NCBI GenBank assembly: GCA_004524445.1
Contig: SDNP01000002.1
Coordinates: forward strand, 83,285-147,284
Length of the DNA stretch: 64,000 bases
Origin: Candidatus Thorarchaeota archaeon
GTDB lineage: Archaea > Asgardarchaeota > Thorarchaeia > Thorarchaeales > Thorarchaeaceae
Reading direction: 5' to 3'
Part shown: positions 1-8,804 of the stretch, piece by piece
Layout: each line of letters begins with the position of its first letter
How positions within the stretch are numbered: position 1 is the first letter of the stretch
The notes under the pieces: generated by a model
The model's input: the letters and a program-made list of their open reading frames with translations, nothing else
Database searches by the model: none
What the model was told of the DNA's origin: nothing
Made by a program: the position numbers and the translations under genes

Positions 1-619
1 CTTCGGAGAATGCAATTTCTCTACTTGCTTCTGTAAGAAAGAGAGCGTCCGACTCATGTGTGATCTTAGATATAGACTTCAGGGGGTTGCGTCTGTCGGT
101 TCCAGGCACCCATTCAGATACGGCTACGATTCCTGTTCTATTGTTTGTGATTCTGTCAAGTTCCTGGATATCTAGAACTCCGTTCTCATCCGTCTGGATG
201 ATGTGCACGTCAATATTTAGAATCTCAGCTACTCGTCTTAAGGGAATCATAACCGAATTGTGTTCTGCCTCTGATACAATTATCGAGTCCTTTTTTCCTG
301 ATTCCCAATTATAACCTAGGGCTACTGACGTGATTGCTGATGGTAGACTTCCGTGAAATGATATTTGGTTGTTATTACTACCAAGCATAGAGGCCAGTTG
401 TTTCCTAGCGTCTTCAGCTATCTGTCCACCCTTAGCTGCAAGCTGGTATGCGCCTCTTCTGGACGAAACAGTGATTTTGCGCAAAAATTCTGACGATGCA
501 GTGATAACAGTTTCGGGAACCAGTGTTGTACTGGAAGAGTCAAGATATACCAATTCTGGATTAGCTTGGAATATCGGAAAGTCTTCTCGTATATCTAGTT
601 CGGGCATAATCTTATTCAT
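1..619 (-). CDS. SufS/cysteine desulfurase-like PLP-dependent class V aminotransferase, 3' end outside window
   Basis: Own minus-strand translation from ATG 619: MNKIMPELDIREDFPIFQANPELVYLDSSSTT...IIVSEAEHNSV. The IREDFP, VYLD and EHNS motifs are typical of SufS-type enzymes. Not in the ORF track because it is truncated. Confidence 0.8.
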   Translation of the reverse strand, partial: MNKIMPELDIREDFPIFQANPELVYLDSSSTTLVPETVITASSEFLRKITVSSRRGAYQLAAKGGQIAEDARKQLASMLGSNNNQISFHGSLPSAITSVALGYNWESGKKDSIIVSEAEHNSVMIPLRRVAEILNIDVHIIQTDENGVLDIQELDRITNNRTGIVAVSEWVPGTDRRNPLKSISKITHESDALFLTEASREIAFSE

Positions 620-666
620 TACCGGGCTGTCTTAACTCTGATGATTTAGCTTGGAGTTAGAGATGA

Positions 667-1677
667 ATGCATGGGAATATAATTGAAGGTGACTTTCTCG
701 AGGTGCATAATGGAGATATATTTGAAGTAAGAGGCTTAGTTCATCCTTCTGACGGGTACACTGCTTATGCGAGATATGTGAGAAGCACATATGGAGATAG
801 GGTGTCAGTAGATGGGCGTACCTATAGGAAGTTATCGACACTACAGGAAAAAATGAGTTATGCCCAAAGGAGGACTCCATCCTACCTGCATTTTGACCCC
901 CGCAAAGATAGAGTTGTTCAGGTTGTTCCAAAGAAGGATATTGTGCACATTCTAAGTCCGGCTGAACGTCTGAGAGAAATTAGTGAATGCAGTACGGTAT
1001 CAGATTTAGAAAAAGATGTGATTGATTTTTCAGCTAAATTGTCTACAAAAACGGGAATAAGCTTTGATAATATGGGGGTCATAGGATCGCCATTAGCTGG
1101 CCTAGCGCACTCGTCTTCCGATATTGATCTTATTATCTATGGTTATAAGACCGGGAGGAGGTTCTATACAAAAATGCGTGAGATTCTTTCTAATGAGGAT
1201 GATGAATTAGAGAGGTATTCAGGAAAAGGATTAGCTGAGCATACGCAATCTCGATGGGGAGAAAGGAGTAGTATGCCTGACCTTGAGAGGATTGAAGGAA
1301 CAAAAGTCCTGCAGGGACGATTTCGCTCTAGAGATTTTTTTATCCGTTTAGTTCCGAACAAATCGGAAGTTGGACATACATATGAAGATTATATCACAAA
1401 GTCATCAGGGCTTGTATATAGAACTTGTAATATTGTTGACGATTACAAGGCAATCTTCACGCCCTGTGAATATTCTGTTGCCTGTGAAGAGGATCCGTTT
1501 TTGACCAAAATAGTAGGGTACCAGAGTAGATTTGCTGAATGCGCAAGTGAAGGAATGAGGGTGAAAGTATTTGGAAAGTTGGAATCTGTGATAAGTCAAT
1601 TTTCTGGATTTCATAAACAAATTGTCTTGGGAGGATATTCTCTGAACTCTTTCCTGCCAATTCGAGAGATGGACTAG
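667..1677 (+). CDS. Archaeal Pol-beta-superfamily nucleotidyltransferase (COG1665-like)
   Basis: GVIGS...SDIDLIIYG (GS-x-DxD motif). The N-terminal EGDFLE and C-terminal OB-like GKLE segments are typical of this archaeal family. Confidence 0.75.
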   Translation: MHGNIIEGDFLEVHNGDIFEVRGLVHPSDGYTAYARYVRSTYGDRVSVDGRTYRKLSTLQEKMSYAQRRTPSYLHFDPRKDRVVQVVPKKDIVHILSPAERLREISECSTVSDLEKDVIDFSAKLSTKTGISFDNMGVIGSPLAGLAHSSSDIDLIIYGYKTGRRFYTKMREILSNEDDELERYSGKGLAEHTQSRWGERSSMPDLERIEGTKVLQGRFRSRDFFIRLVPNKSEVGHTYEDYITKSSGLVYRTCNIVDDYKAIFTPCEYSVACEEDPFLTKIVGYQSRFAECASEGMRVKVFGKLESVISQFSGFHKQIVLGGYSLNSFLPIREMD

Positions 1678-1700
1678 TTGGATACGGCCATCTTTCAATC

Positions 1701-2177
1701 ATTCACTTTATCAACACGGTTTCACAGTCACTATCTGTGAATGGCGCCATTTTTGTGAATATAATATGGCATAAGAACCCCATTTGTCTTTTTTTCATAA
1801 TAGCAGCCCTCATAACTCCGTTCATACATGTGAATAAAGACACCCCTTCGTTTCCACTGGAGATTAGTAATTAGAGATATGAATAACACTAGACCGTATT
1901 CACAAGGGTAATAACCATGTGAATAGCACTTAAATTGGAGAAATATCCTTAAAACACCAAATAAGAGTTATGAGCGCTTTATATTTTTAAATAATATCAA
2001 AGAGGGGCAAAAATCTTCTAAATAATAGTTTAGAAGCTAATAAAGCTGTATCAGGTAATATCTTGACCTTATGTGTATATAGTGGATTCACATACTCACA
2101 CTTATTTGGATTCTAACGCTTCCAAATGTGAATCGGGTGCGCAGTACCCTTGGGTTTGAGTACCGATCATGGTGAAT
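1701..2177. repeat. Dispersed TGTGAAT/ATTCACA heptamer array in an AT-rich intergenic region
   Basis: Exact copies at 1736, 1754, 1829, 1898, 1918, 2086 and 2127. One-mismatch copies at 1701, 1720, 1878, 2072, 2094 and 2171. Confidence 0.8.
1841..1862 (-). promoter_or_regulatory. Origin recognition box (ORB) with G-string
   Basis: Reverse complement CTCCAGTGGAAACGAAGGGGTG matches the archaeal ORB consensus TCCAGTGGAAAC-AAAGGGG. Confidence 0.85.
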
Positions 2178-2181
2178 CACA

Positions 2182-2808
2182 GTGAGCGAAGAAATTCGAA
2201 CAAATTACATCTACGAGTTCACCTATGGATCCGGACCAGGGATGAAAGAAATTTTTCGGTGCAAATATGTTTCGCCAGATGAAGCTCTAAAGCGTTTCAA
2301 AAAGATAGTATCAGTTACAGAATCTCCCTTTGATTTCAAGATAGTAATATCTTCAGAAACTACTGGAGAAGAGTCTAGCTTTCAGGTCAAAGGCGATATC
2401 GATGAGATGATTCAAAAATTCAAAGTATTTCTAGAAACAAGCACGGGATATAGCTTTCCCGAAACCAAAATCGATGCATCATCGACAAGTTCGCCTGAGC
2501 TGGATTTCGAAGCTATGAGCAATTATGAGAAGATGCAGGTTGTAATCTATGCATCATTTAAGCATGGGAAATTCTCTTCTCTTGATGTAGCTGAAATTTA
2601 TGAAAGCACTTTCAATGAGTCACTTCCAAAGAGTACAGCATCCACTTATCTTGCTAGGATGTGGGATGAGGGAGAAGGGCATCTGGAGAGATATGGAAAT
2701 CGCTCGGGCTATACATATCGACTGAAGACCGAATTGAAAGAAACTCAAAGGGAAGTGGAGAGGTCTGAAGAAATTCTTTCAATGATTCACTTGCAAGTAG
2801 GCAAATAG
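2182..2808 (+). CDS. Hypothetical protein with C-terminal winged helix-turn-helix
   Basis: FSSLDVAEIY...LPKSTASTYLARMWDEG...LERYG...YTYRL fits the wHTH helix2-helix3-wing pattern. Confidence 0.7.
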   Translation: MSEEIRTNYIYEFTYGSGPGMKEIFRCKYVSPDEALKRFKKIVSVTESPFDFKIVISSETTGEESSFQVKGDIDEMIQKFKVFLETSTGYSFPETKIDASSTSSPELDFEAMSNYEKMQVVIYASFKHGKFSSLDVAEIYESTFNESLPKSTASTYLARMWDEGEGHLERYGNRSGYTYRLKTELKETQREVERSEEILSMIHLQVGK

Positions 2809-2848
2809 ACTCGACTTCAGTTCTCTGCTCAGCTTTTATCTCCATATA

Positions 2849-4162
2849 CTACAGTTCTGTTGTTCTTTCTTTGAGTTCAATCCCAAGTTCTTTAAGCTCC
2901 GATAGAATTGGCTCGTAGATTTGTGGAAGAATGGGTCGATGTACTCCCCTAGCCTCGATTTCGCCCTGTAGAATTAGTCTAGTTGCAATAGCCACTGGCA
3001 ATGCTACGGTTCTAGACATAGAGGTATCACCGTCGGGGATGCCATAATCAATCAAGGTAGATGTTATCTTCTCTTTCTTATCTGGGTACTGAGCTACGAA
3101 CTCATGATGCATCACAATCATATCTCGTTCACCACTAGCATACTGCAGTTTCTCTTCGAATAAATTGCATAGAGCATCAAGGTATGTATTCCGTTCATCA
3201 GGTACTATTTCTTGAGAAAATAATCCAAGCCAATCAAGTCGTTCGATAACTGGATCCGAGGGTTCTAGATCCAATTTCTTGGCAACAGCGTTTCTTGGAG
3301 TTCTGTCCTGAGGAAGCATTTGCTGAATCATCTCACTGTATGTTATGCCAGATAATTCTCGTTCAGTCAGGTCTAGAAGACCCAGATCAGCAATTGCTTG
3401 AATCGTATTACACCAGCCAGGATATCTCAATGTACCCCTCAACATTGTTTCCACTTCGTTAATATCGTAGATATCAATGTAGGAGAGGCTATCTCGATTG
3501 GGATAACCTTCGAATTCACCCATTTCGGGAATCTCCATGGTTTTGCAATTATTGAACAACTCTGAACCAGGAATGGTTACCTCTTCGCCATCCTGCAAGA
3601 ATTGAGCATCATTTCGCCCGGCAAGTAGGACACCGCGAGGACTCCATGATAGCTTGTAGCCAAATGGATTATCATTTGCTTCTGGAGCGGGCAGGCCACC
3701 AGTAAAGGAAGTGAAACTGATTATCCTGCCATCCTGGTCATGAATTTCATCGATGATTTTTTGTGCACTCATATGGTCAATGCCAGGATCTACACCGCAC
3801 TCATTAAGAAGAATAACATCAGCTTCCTTTGCGGTTTTATCCAGCTCCTGCATCTCGTCCGAAATATAAGAAGTGGTACAGAAGTGTTTGTTGTTCTCAA
3901 TTGCCACTTTTGCTGCCTTAACATGATAGGTATATGGAAGAAGAGAGCATACCAAATCAGATTTGTTTACGAGTTCTTGAAGAAGCTCATCATTATCTTT
4001 TATATTGAATTGAACAGCCTCTGCACTCTGGCAGCCCTGAATTAGTCCTTCAGCCTTCTCTTTTGTCCGACTAGCAACAATGACATGATATCCTCTTTTA
4101 CATAGATATTGAACATAGGGCCGGGCAACGAGACCCGCGCCCAAACATAGAACAGTCTTCAT
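2849..4162 (-). CDS. Saccharopine dehydrogenase (glutamate-forming, Lys9/AASS SDH-domain type)
   Basis: Motifs LGAGLV, SLLPY, NECGVDPGIDHM, YKLSWSPRG, YPNRDS, RGTLRYPG and MSRTV. Confidence 0.9.
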   Translation of the reverse strand: MKTVLCLGAGLVARPYVQYLCKRGYHVIVASRTKEKAEGLIQGCQSAEAVQFNIKDNDELLQELVNKSDLVCSLLPYTYHVKAAKVAIENNKHFCTTSYISDEMQELDKTAKEADVILLNECGVDPGIDHMSAQKIIDEIHDQDGRIISFTSFTGGLPAPEANDNPFGYKLSWSPRGVLLAGRNDAQFLQDGEEVTIPGSELFNNCKTMEIPEMGEFEGYPNRDSLSYIDIYDINEVETMLRGTLRYPGWCNTIQAIADLGLLDLTERELSGITYSEMIQQMLPQDRTPRNAVAKKLDLEPSDPVIERLDWLGLFSQEIVPDERNTYLDALCNLFEEKLQYASGERDMIVMHHEFVAQYPDKKEKITSTLIDYGIPDGDTSMSRTVALPVAIATRLILQGEIEARGVHRPILPQIYEPILSELKELGIELKERTTEL

Positions 4163-4169
4163 AGTTTAT

Positions 4170-5477
4170 TCACCTGTTGAGGTATTTGTTTAGATACGTG
4201 TATTGTTCAGTGAGAGAGCCTCGGTAGACAATTATTGCGTCTTTTAGCTCTCTGCAGAGATCAAGTTTGTTGAATTCGACAGTAAAATCTGTTTCTGCCA
4301 AAGGCGGAATAAAATCCAATAGGGTTTCACTGAATGAGGTTGATGACTCTATCGGCAATTCACATGGCAGGTTATCAACCGCCATGATTACAGGCCCCTC
4401 TGTTGTGATACTCGGGTCTGCTGTTTTTGTTTCTATATTGTACGTGAAGGCAGGTTCATCGGGCTTGGTGCATTTGACAGTGAATTCAATGGCACCTTCA
4501 ATGTCACATGAGATGTCGCCAAGTACAATGAGCTTATGTTTTGTCTTCGACCAGTAATTCTCAATGAAGTCCTTGGTTAACAAGCGGGGGTATTTCGGAG
4601 ACCAATAGATGCAGTTCATCAACACGGTAAGGTATTTCGCATGTTCATGAAATATTCCATGATATTTGTCGAGTCCATGAGCGTAGTAATCTTGAAGATC
4701 GAAATCTCCCCCATCATTAGAGACCACCATGTCTTTCTCCTTGAAAACACATTTGTACAATATGTCGAATCTTTCCGGCAGAGATGGCAAATCCTCTGGT
4801 GATACTACCTCATGGGGCAAGATATCAAAAATCCTCTGAGCTCCTTGTGATACATTACCGTAGCCTGCAAATCCGACAATGAAAGGAGCAATCTCTTTGG
4901 GAAGACCTTTTTCTTGAATTCGTTTCGCTATTTTTCTGAATTCCGTTTCTATACCTGAAACTCCATCAGACTCCAATGTAGGTTTCAATCCGTGAAATGG
5001 ATTAGGATGAATGTCTTCCATCTTGAGTCGTTTGCCAAGTACCCTGAATGTATCTGAAATGCCAGCCATTCCAGCCCAATTTCCGAAGTATACTAGTCTC
5101 CTACCCTCATCGTTCACTATAAGTTCATAATCAAGAAGAGTTGCACCTTCATCAAGTAATCTCGCAAGCATGGGCATATTATGACTCTGACCTTTGATTG
5201 TATGACTGAAGAAAAGGTGTACCTTGTTAGGTTGAAAGAAATTTTCTGGCATCTCTTTTATACCAAGTATTATTTTCGGTTCCTCACCATCTAAGGGCCC
5301 TATCTCCGCTCCGGCTTCGAGATACATCTGTTCATCGAACACCCTCAGATTACTAGGTTCAACTATGAAGTCAATGCCGTGATTTTGGTGTAGCTGTTTT
5401 GCATGACCGGGTATAAGAGGTGCCCGAGCCTCAAAGGCCTTTTCTTCTTTTCTGATCCCAATTTTGTTCACAAACAA
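4170..5477 (-). CDS. Lysine-ketoglutarate reductase / saccharopine dehydrogenase (lysine-forming, AASS LKR-domain type)
   Basis: Motifs IGIRKE, ARAPL, GIKE, FFSHTIKGQ, DYE, GYGNVSQGA, DISCD and MAVDNLPCELP. Confidence 0.88.
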   Translation of the reverse strand: MFVNKIGIRKEEKAFEARAPLIPGHAKQLHQNHGIDFIVEPSNLRVFDEQMYLEAGAEIGPLDGEEPKIILGIKEMPENFFQPNKVHLFFSHTIKGQSHNMPMLARLLDEGATLLDYELIVNDEGRRLVYFGNWAGMAGISDTFRVLGKRLKMEDIHPNPFHGLKPTLESDGVSGIETEFRKIAKRIQEKGLPKEIAPFIVGFAGYGNVSQGAQRIFDILPHEVVSPEDLPSLPERFDILYKCVFKEKDMVVSNDGGDFDLQDYYAHGLDKYHGIFHEHAKYLTVLMNCIYWSPKYPRLLTKDFIENYWSKTKHKLIVLGDISCDIEGAIEFTVKCTKPDEPAFTYNIETKTADPSITTEGPVIMAVDNLPCELPIESSTSFSETLLDFIPPLAETDFTVEFNKLDLCRELKDAIIVYRGSLTEQYTYLNKYLNR

Positions 5478-5575
5478 GCCTCCTGAATAGAAGTTTTCCT
5501 CGGTCCGAACGGGTGAGCGACCCTACTTGTCCTTTAAGCTTTCCATCGAGGAGTCATATTACAAACTAAGAAATT

Positions 5576-5591
5576 GAGAACATGTGTTCTA
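5576..5591. promoter_or_regulatory. Degenerate copy of the 16-bp palindrome (GAGAACATGTGTTCTA) upstream of the Cas2-like gene
   Basis: 14/16 identical to TAGAACACGTGTTCTA and 17 bp upstream of the TTG start at 5609. Confidence 0.65.
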
Positions 5592-5608
5592 GTTTCTAGT
5601 GAAAGTTC

Positions 5609-5899
5609 TTGGCATATTTGTACATCTATGATTGTGTTGCGGCCAGAGAGAGCAACGCCAGAAGAGTGTCCTTCACAAAGGAGCTCTACGGATTCACCTA
5701 TTCCTGGAAGACCAAATCAGGTATGAAGACGAAAAGAAAGATTGGACTCATTGAGGAGTGTATGGGAGCTGAGCCAGTCACAGACTCTGCCATTCTAGTC
5801 CCCGATAGCTGCAAGGATCAATTTGACGAACTCTTTGTATATTATCGGGATATACTAAAAATCAAAATCTTCAAAGTGGAGTCAGAAGTATATTTGTAA
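5609..5899 (+). CDS. Small Cas2/VapD-like ferredoxin-fold protein adjacent to the putative origin
   Basis: YLYIYD beta strand, RRVSFTKELYG helix and a later DSAILVP strand resemble the Cas2 layout (YD...RR..K.L..YG...QxSVF). 96 aa. Confidence 0.5.
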   Translation: MAYLYIYDCVAARESNARRVSFTKELYGFTYSWKTKSGMKTKRKIGLIEECMGAEPVTDSAILVPDSCKDQFDELFVYYRDILKIKIFKVESEVYL

Positions 5900-5927
5900 T
5901 ACAAATAATACATTTTTGTAGGAACAA

Positions 5928-5943
5928 TAGAACACGTGTTCTA
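5928..5943. promoter_or_regulatory. Perfect 16-bp palindrome TAGAACACGTGTTCTA (left of origin)
   Basis: Read directly and identical to 6142-6157. Confidence 0.8.
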
Positions 5944-5953
5944 AATCTAACCA

Positions 5954-5976
5954 GACCCCATTATTTCCAGTGGAAG
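5954..5976 (-). promoter_or_regulatory. ORB element
   Basis: Reverse complement CTTCCACTGGAAATAATGGGGTC. Confidence 0.85.
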
Positions 5977-6097
5977 ACAATATAAATTACAAAGAAGATA
6001 ATTAGTAAAGTATAAATAGTAGTATATGTACCCCGATATTATCTCCATTTCTATATATATCATACAACGGGTTCCTGGATCCTCATCCATTTCTATA

Positions 6098-6120
6098 CTT
6101 CCAGTGGAAACGAGGGGGTA
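6098..6120 (+). promoter_or_regulatory. ORB element
   Basis: CTTCCAGTGGAAACGAGGGGGTA, near-consensus with G-string. Confidence 0.9.
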
Positions 6121-6141
6121 TATTAGCCAGCGAATATTAAC

Positions 6142-6157
6142 TAGAACACGTGTTCTA
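6142..6157. promoter_or_regulatory. Perfect 16-bp palindrome TAGAACACGTGTTCTA (right of origin)
   Basis: Read directly and identical to 5928-5943. Confidence 0.8.
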
Positions 6158-6242
6158 AGTACTATTCCAGTACCACAACACTGATAGACGATATGAGTGT
6201 CGCTGAAATTGTTGGCATGATATGCCTTTGGAGAATTAGGTC

Positions 6243-8138
6243 ATGACAAAACCGAAGGACTTGTTGGAAGATAATCCTGGTAAGAGTATTCTATTATTGG
6301 CAAACGAAGCCATTGCAAGGGGAACTCTTGAGGCTGGAGTTAGACTAGTCGCATTGTATCCTGGGACGCCCAGTAGTGAAATTGGAAATAATCTCACCTT
6401 CATGGCGCCACATATCCCGAACTTCTACTTTGAATTCAGCACGAACGAAAAGGTGGCTATGGAGGTTGCTGGTTCTGCTGCAGTAGCCGGGGTTCGCTCA
6501 ATGATGGTCTGCAAGGGACCGGGTCTCAATGTAGCAGCAGACCCGTTTTTCTCCTTGGCCTATGTTGGTGTCCGAGGGGGAATGGTTATCGTTGTTGCAG
6601 ACGACCCCAGTATGTGGAGTTCACAGAATGAAAATGACAGTCGGTATTATGCACTGATGGGTAATATGCCCATGATGGAACCCTCAGATCCTGCAGAGGC
6701 AAAATCAATGCTTCTTGAAGCCTACAAATTTTCAGAGAGTCTAGAGCTTCCGGTATTATTTAGGACCACAACTCGTGTAAATCATACTCGTGCCCCTGTA
6801 GTATTGGGGCCCATTGAGGATCGGCCAGATAAAGTGGAATTCGAAAAAGAACCAACTCGATTTGTTCCAGTTCCCTCTGTTGCACGACAACGTCATCCCT
6901 GGTTGTTGAAACAAATAGACGCCGCAAGAGAATTGTCGGAACAAAGCGAACTGAATTTCGCCGTCGGCGAGGGTGACCTCGGAATCATTACTAGCGGGGT
7001 CTCGTACAATTATGTAATGGAATCACTTACCCGACTAAATACTAAAGCAGAAATTCTCAAACTTGGCATTACTCATCCTGTACCCGAACGGAAGATCATC
7101 GAGTTTCTGAAGCGCCATGAGAGCGTTGCTGTGGTGGAAGAGTTAGAACCCTTCATCGAGACTCATGCTCGTCGACTGTCTAATCTACATGACCTATCCA
7201 ATGTTGAAATTCTAGGAAAGGAACAAGGATACTTCCCAAGAGTGTATGAATACACTCCCAAAATAGTTACCGAAGGACTAGCAAAAATACTAGACAAAGA
7301 ATTACCCGTAGATTGGAAGCATTTAGATACACTCAGCGAAGAGATTCCTGATCTCCCTCCGCGACCACCTCTGTTGTGTGCCGGCTGTCCGCACCGAGCG
7401 TCATATTTTGCTATCAGAACCGCCACTCGCGGAAAAGCAATCTATCCATCTGACATAGGATGCTATACACTTAGCATTGCACCACCATTAGAAACCGCCG
7501 ACATATTGTTTGACATGGGGTCTTCTATCAGCACAGCATGTGGATTATCTCAAGTGACTGGACAAGAAGTTGTTGCGAGTATTGGAGATAGTACTTTCTT
7601 TGCTTCAGGTCTGCCTGGCATCGTCAATGCCGTATATAATGGCCATCCGATTAGCCTAGTAGTCCTTGATAACCGAACGACAGCCATGACTGGTCATCAA
7701 CCACACCCGGGGACAGGAGTCACCGGTATGCAGGAGAAGGTTGAACCACTAGACATTGAAGGAGTCTGCAAGGGACTGGGTGTCAAATACACCAAAACAG
7801 TGGACCCCTTTGAGCCACTTGCCGATCTTGTGGCTGAAGTACGTAAAATGGTTGAATGGGTCAGGGAGAATAAGGCACCGGCTGTCCTAGTATCCAAAGC
7901 ACCATGTGCTTTACTCACGGCTGCAGAACGACGTCGAACCCAAGAGCAACCAGAGCCATACTTTGTGGATTCGGAGATGTGTACAGGATGCAAACGATGT
8001 CTCAACAGATTTGCCTGTCCTGCTATGTATTGGGACTCAGAAACAGAGAAGGCTGCCATTGATGAAACACTCTGTAATCTATGTGGGAGTTGTGTATCTG
8101 TCTGTCCTCAAGGGGCCATAGTACAGAAGGAGGAATGA
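6243..8138 (+). CDS. iorA: Indolepyruvate ferredoxin oxidoreductase alpha subunit
   Basis: NEAIARG, YPGTPSSEI, NEKVAME, SSQNEND, RPPLLCAGCPHR, SDIGCY and GDSTF motifs, plus two C-terminal CxxCxxC ferredoxin motifs. Confidence 0.93.
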   Translation: MTKPKDLLEDNPGKSILLLANEAIARGTLEAGVRLVALYPGTPSSEIGNNLTFMAPHIPNFYFEFSTNEKVAMEVAGSAAVAGVRSMMVCKGPGLNVAADPFFSLAYVGVRGGMVIVVADDPSMWSSQNENDSRYYALMGNMPMMEPSDPAEAKSMLLEAYKFSESLELPVLFRTTTRVNHTRAPVVLGPIEDRPDKVEFEKEPTRFVPVPSVARQRHPWLLKQIDAARELSEQSELNFAVGEGDLGIITSGVSYNYVMESLTRLNTKAEILKLGITHPVPERKIIEFLKRHESVAVVEELEPFIETHARRLSNLHDLSNVEILGKEQGYFPRVYEYTPKIVTEGLAKILDKELPVDWKHLDTLSEEIPDLPPRPPLLCAGCPHRASYFAIRTATRGKAIYPSDIGCYTLSIAPPLETADILFDMGSSISTACGLSQVTGQEVVASIGDSTFFASGLPGIVNAVYNGHPISLVVLDNRTTAMTGHQPHPGTGVTGMQEKVEPLDIEGVCKGLGVKYTKTVDPFEPLADLVAEVRKMVEWVRENKAPAVLVSKAPCALLTAAERRRTQEQPEPYFVDSEMCTGCKRCLNRFACPAMYWDSETEKAAIDETLCNLCGSCVSVCPQGAIVQKEE

Positions 8139-8141
8139 AAA

Positions 8142-8753
8142 ATGAGTGGTAATACTAGTAATACAGACACTGTTGATATTGTAATCTCTGGCGTTGGAGG
8201 ACAGGGAGTCTTGACCCTGGCAGAAATCTTGGCGAAGGCAGCACTAGCCGAGTCCAAAAATGTTAGAGTTGGAGAAATACATGGGATGGCTCAACGTGGG
8301 GGTCACGTCATCTGTACAGTTCGTATCGGACCTGATGTAAGTGGACCTATTGTTGATCCCGGTACAGCAGACATCTTAGTTGGTTTCGAACCAATTGAAA
8401 CGCTGCGAGAGATAGAAAGCATAAGTAAGGACGGCAAAGTACTCATGAACTCAAATGTCCTTCATCCCGTAGCAGTATCAATGGGCAAAGCTGAATATCC
8501 AAAACATGCTGACATTGTAGAATCGATTAAACCATTCACCAAGAATCTCATACAATTTAATGCAATGAACCTTGCAAAGGAAGCGGGTAGTGATAGGGCA
8601 ATGAATATGGTCATGTTTGGTGCAGTCATTGCACTTAACCTCACAGGCATATCAACAAACACAGCAAAGAAGACCATTAGAAACACATTCCCCGGGCGCT
8701 ATGAGGACATCAACATCCGCGCTTTCGAATCTGGAATGAAGCAAATCAATTAA
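8142..8753 (+). CDS. iorB: Indolepyruvate ferredoxin oxidoreductase beta subunit
   Basis: GVGGQG and EIHGMAQRGG motifs; follows iorA. Confidence 0.92.
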   Translation: MSGNTSNTDTVDIVISGVGGQGVLTLAEILAKAALAESKNVRVGEIHGMAQRGGHVICTVRIGPDVSGPIVDPGTADILVGFEPIETLREIESISKDGKVLMNSNVLHPVAVSMGKAEYPKHADIVESIKPFTKNLIQFNAMNLAKEAGSDRAMNMVMFGAVIALNLTGISTNTAKKTIRNTFPGRYEDINIRAFESGMKQIN

Positions 8754-8804
8754 TAGCACCAAACATCTGTTCAGGACCAGATAATTTTTGTATTATTTGT
8801 AATA

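Larger units (their letters stand above)
5928..6157. other. Putative archaeal replication origin (oriC): inverted ORBs around an AT-rich unwinding element, flanked by perfect palindromes
   Basis: ORB(-) 5954-5976, AT-rich 5977-6097, ORB(+) 6098-6120. Palindromes TAGAACACGTGTTCTA at 5928-5943 and 6142-6157. Direct repeat TCCATTTCTATA at 6044-6055 and 6086-6097. Confidence 0.8.

Noticed and set aside
5576-6157. CRISPR array next to the Cas2-like gene
   Set aside because: The palindromes are 16 bp and spaced 352 and 214 bp apart, with no repeat-spacer periodicity and no other cas genes.
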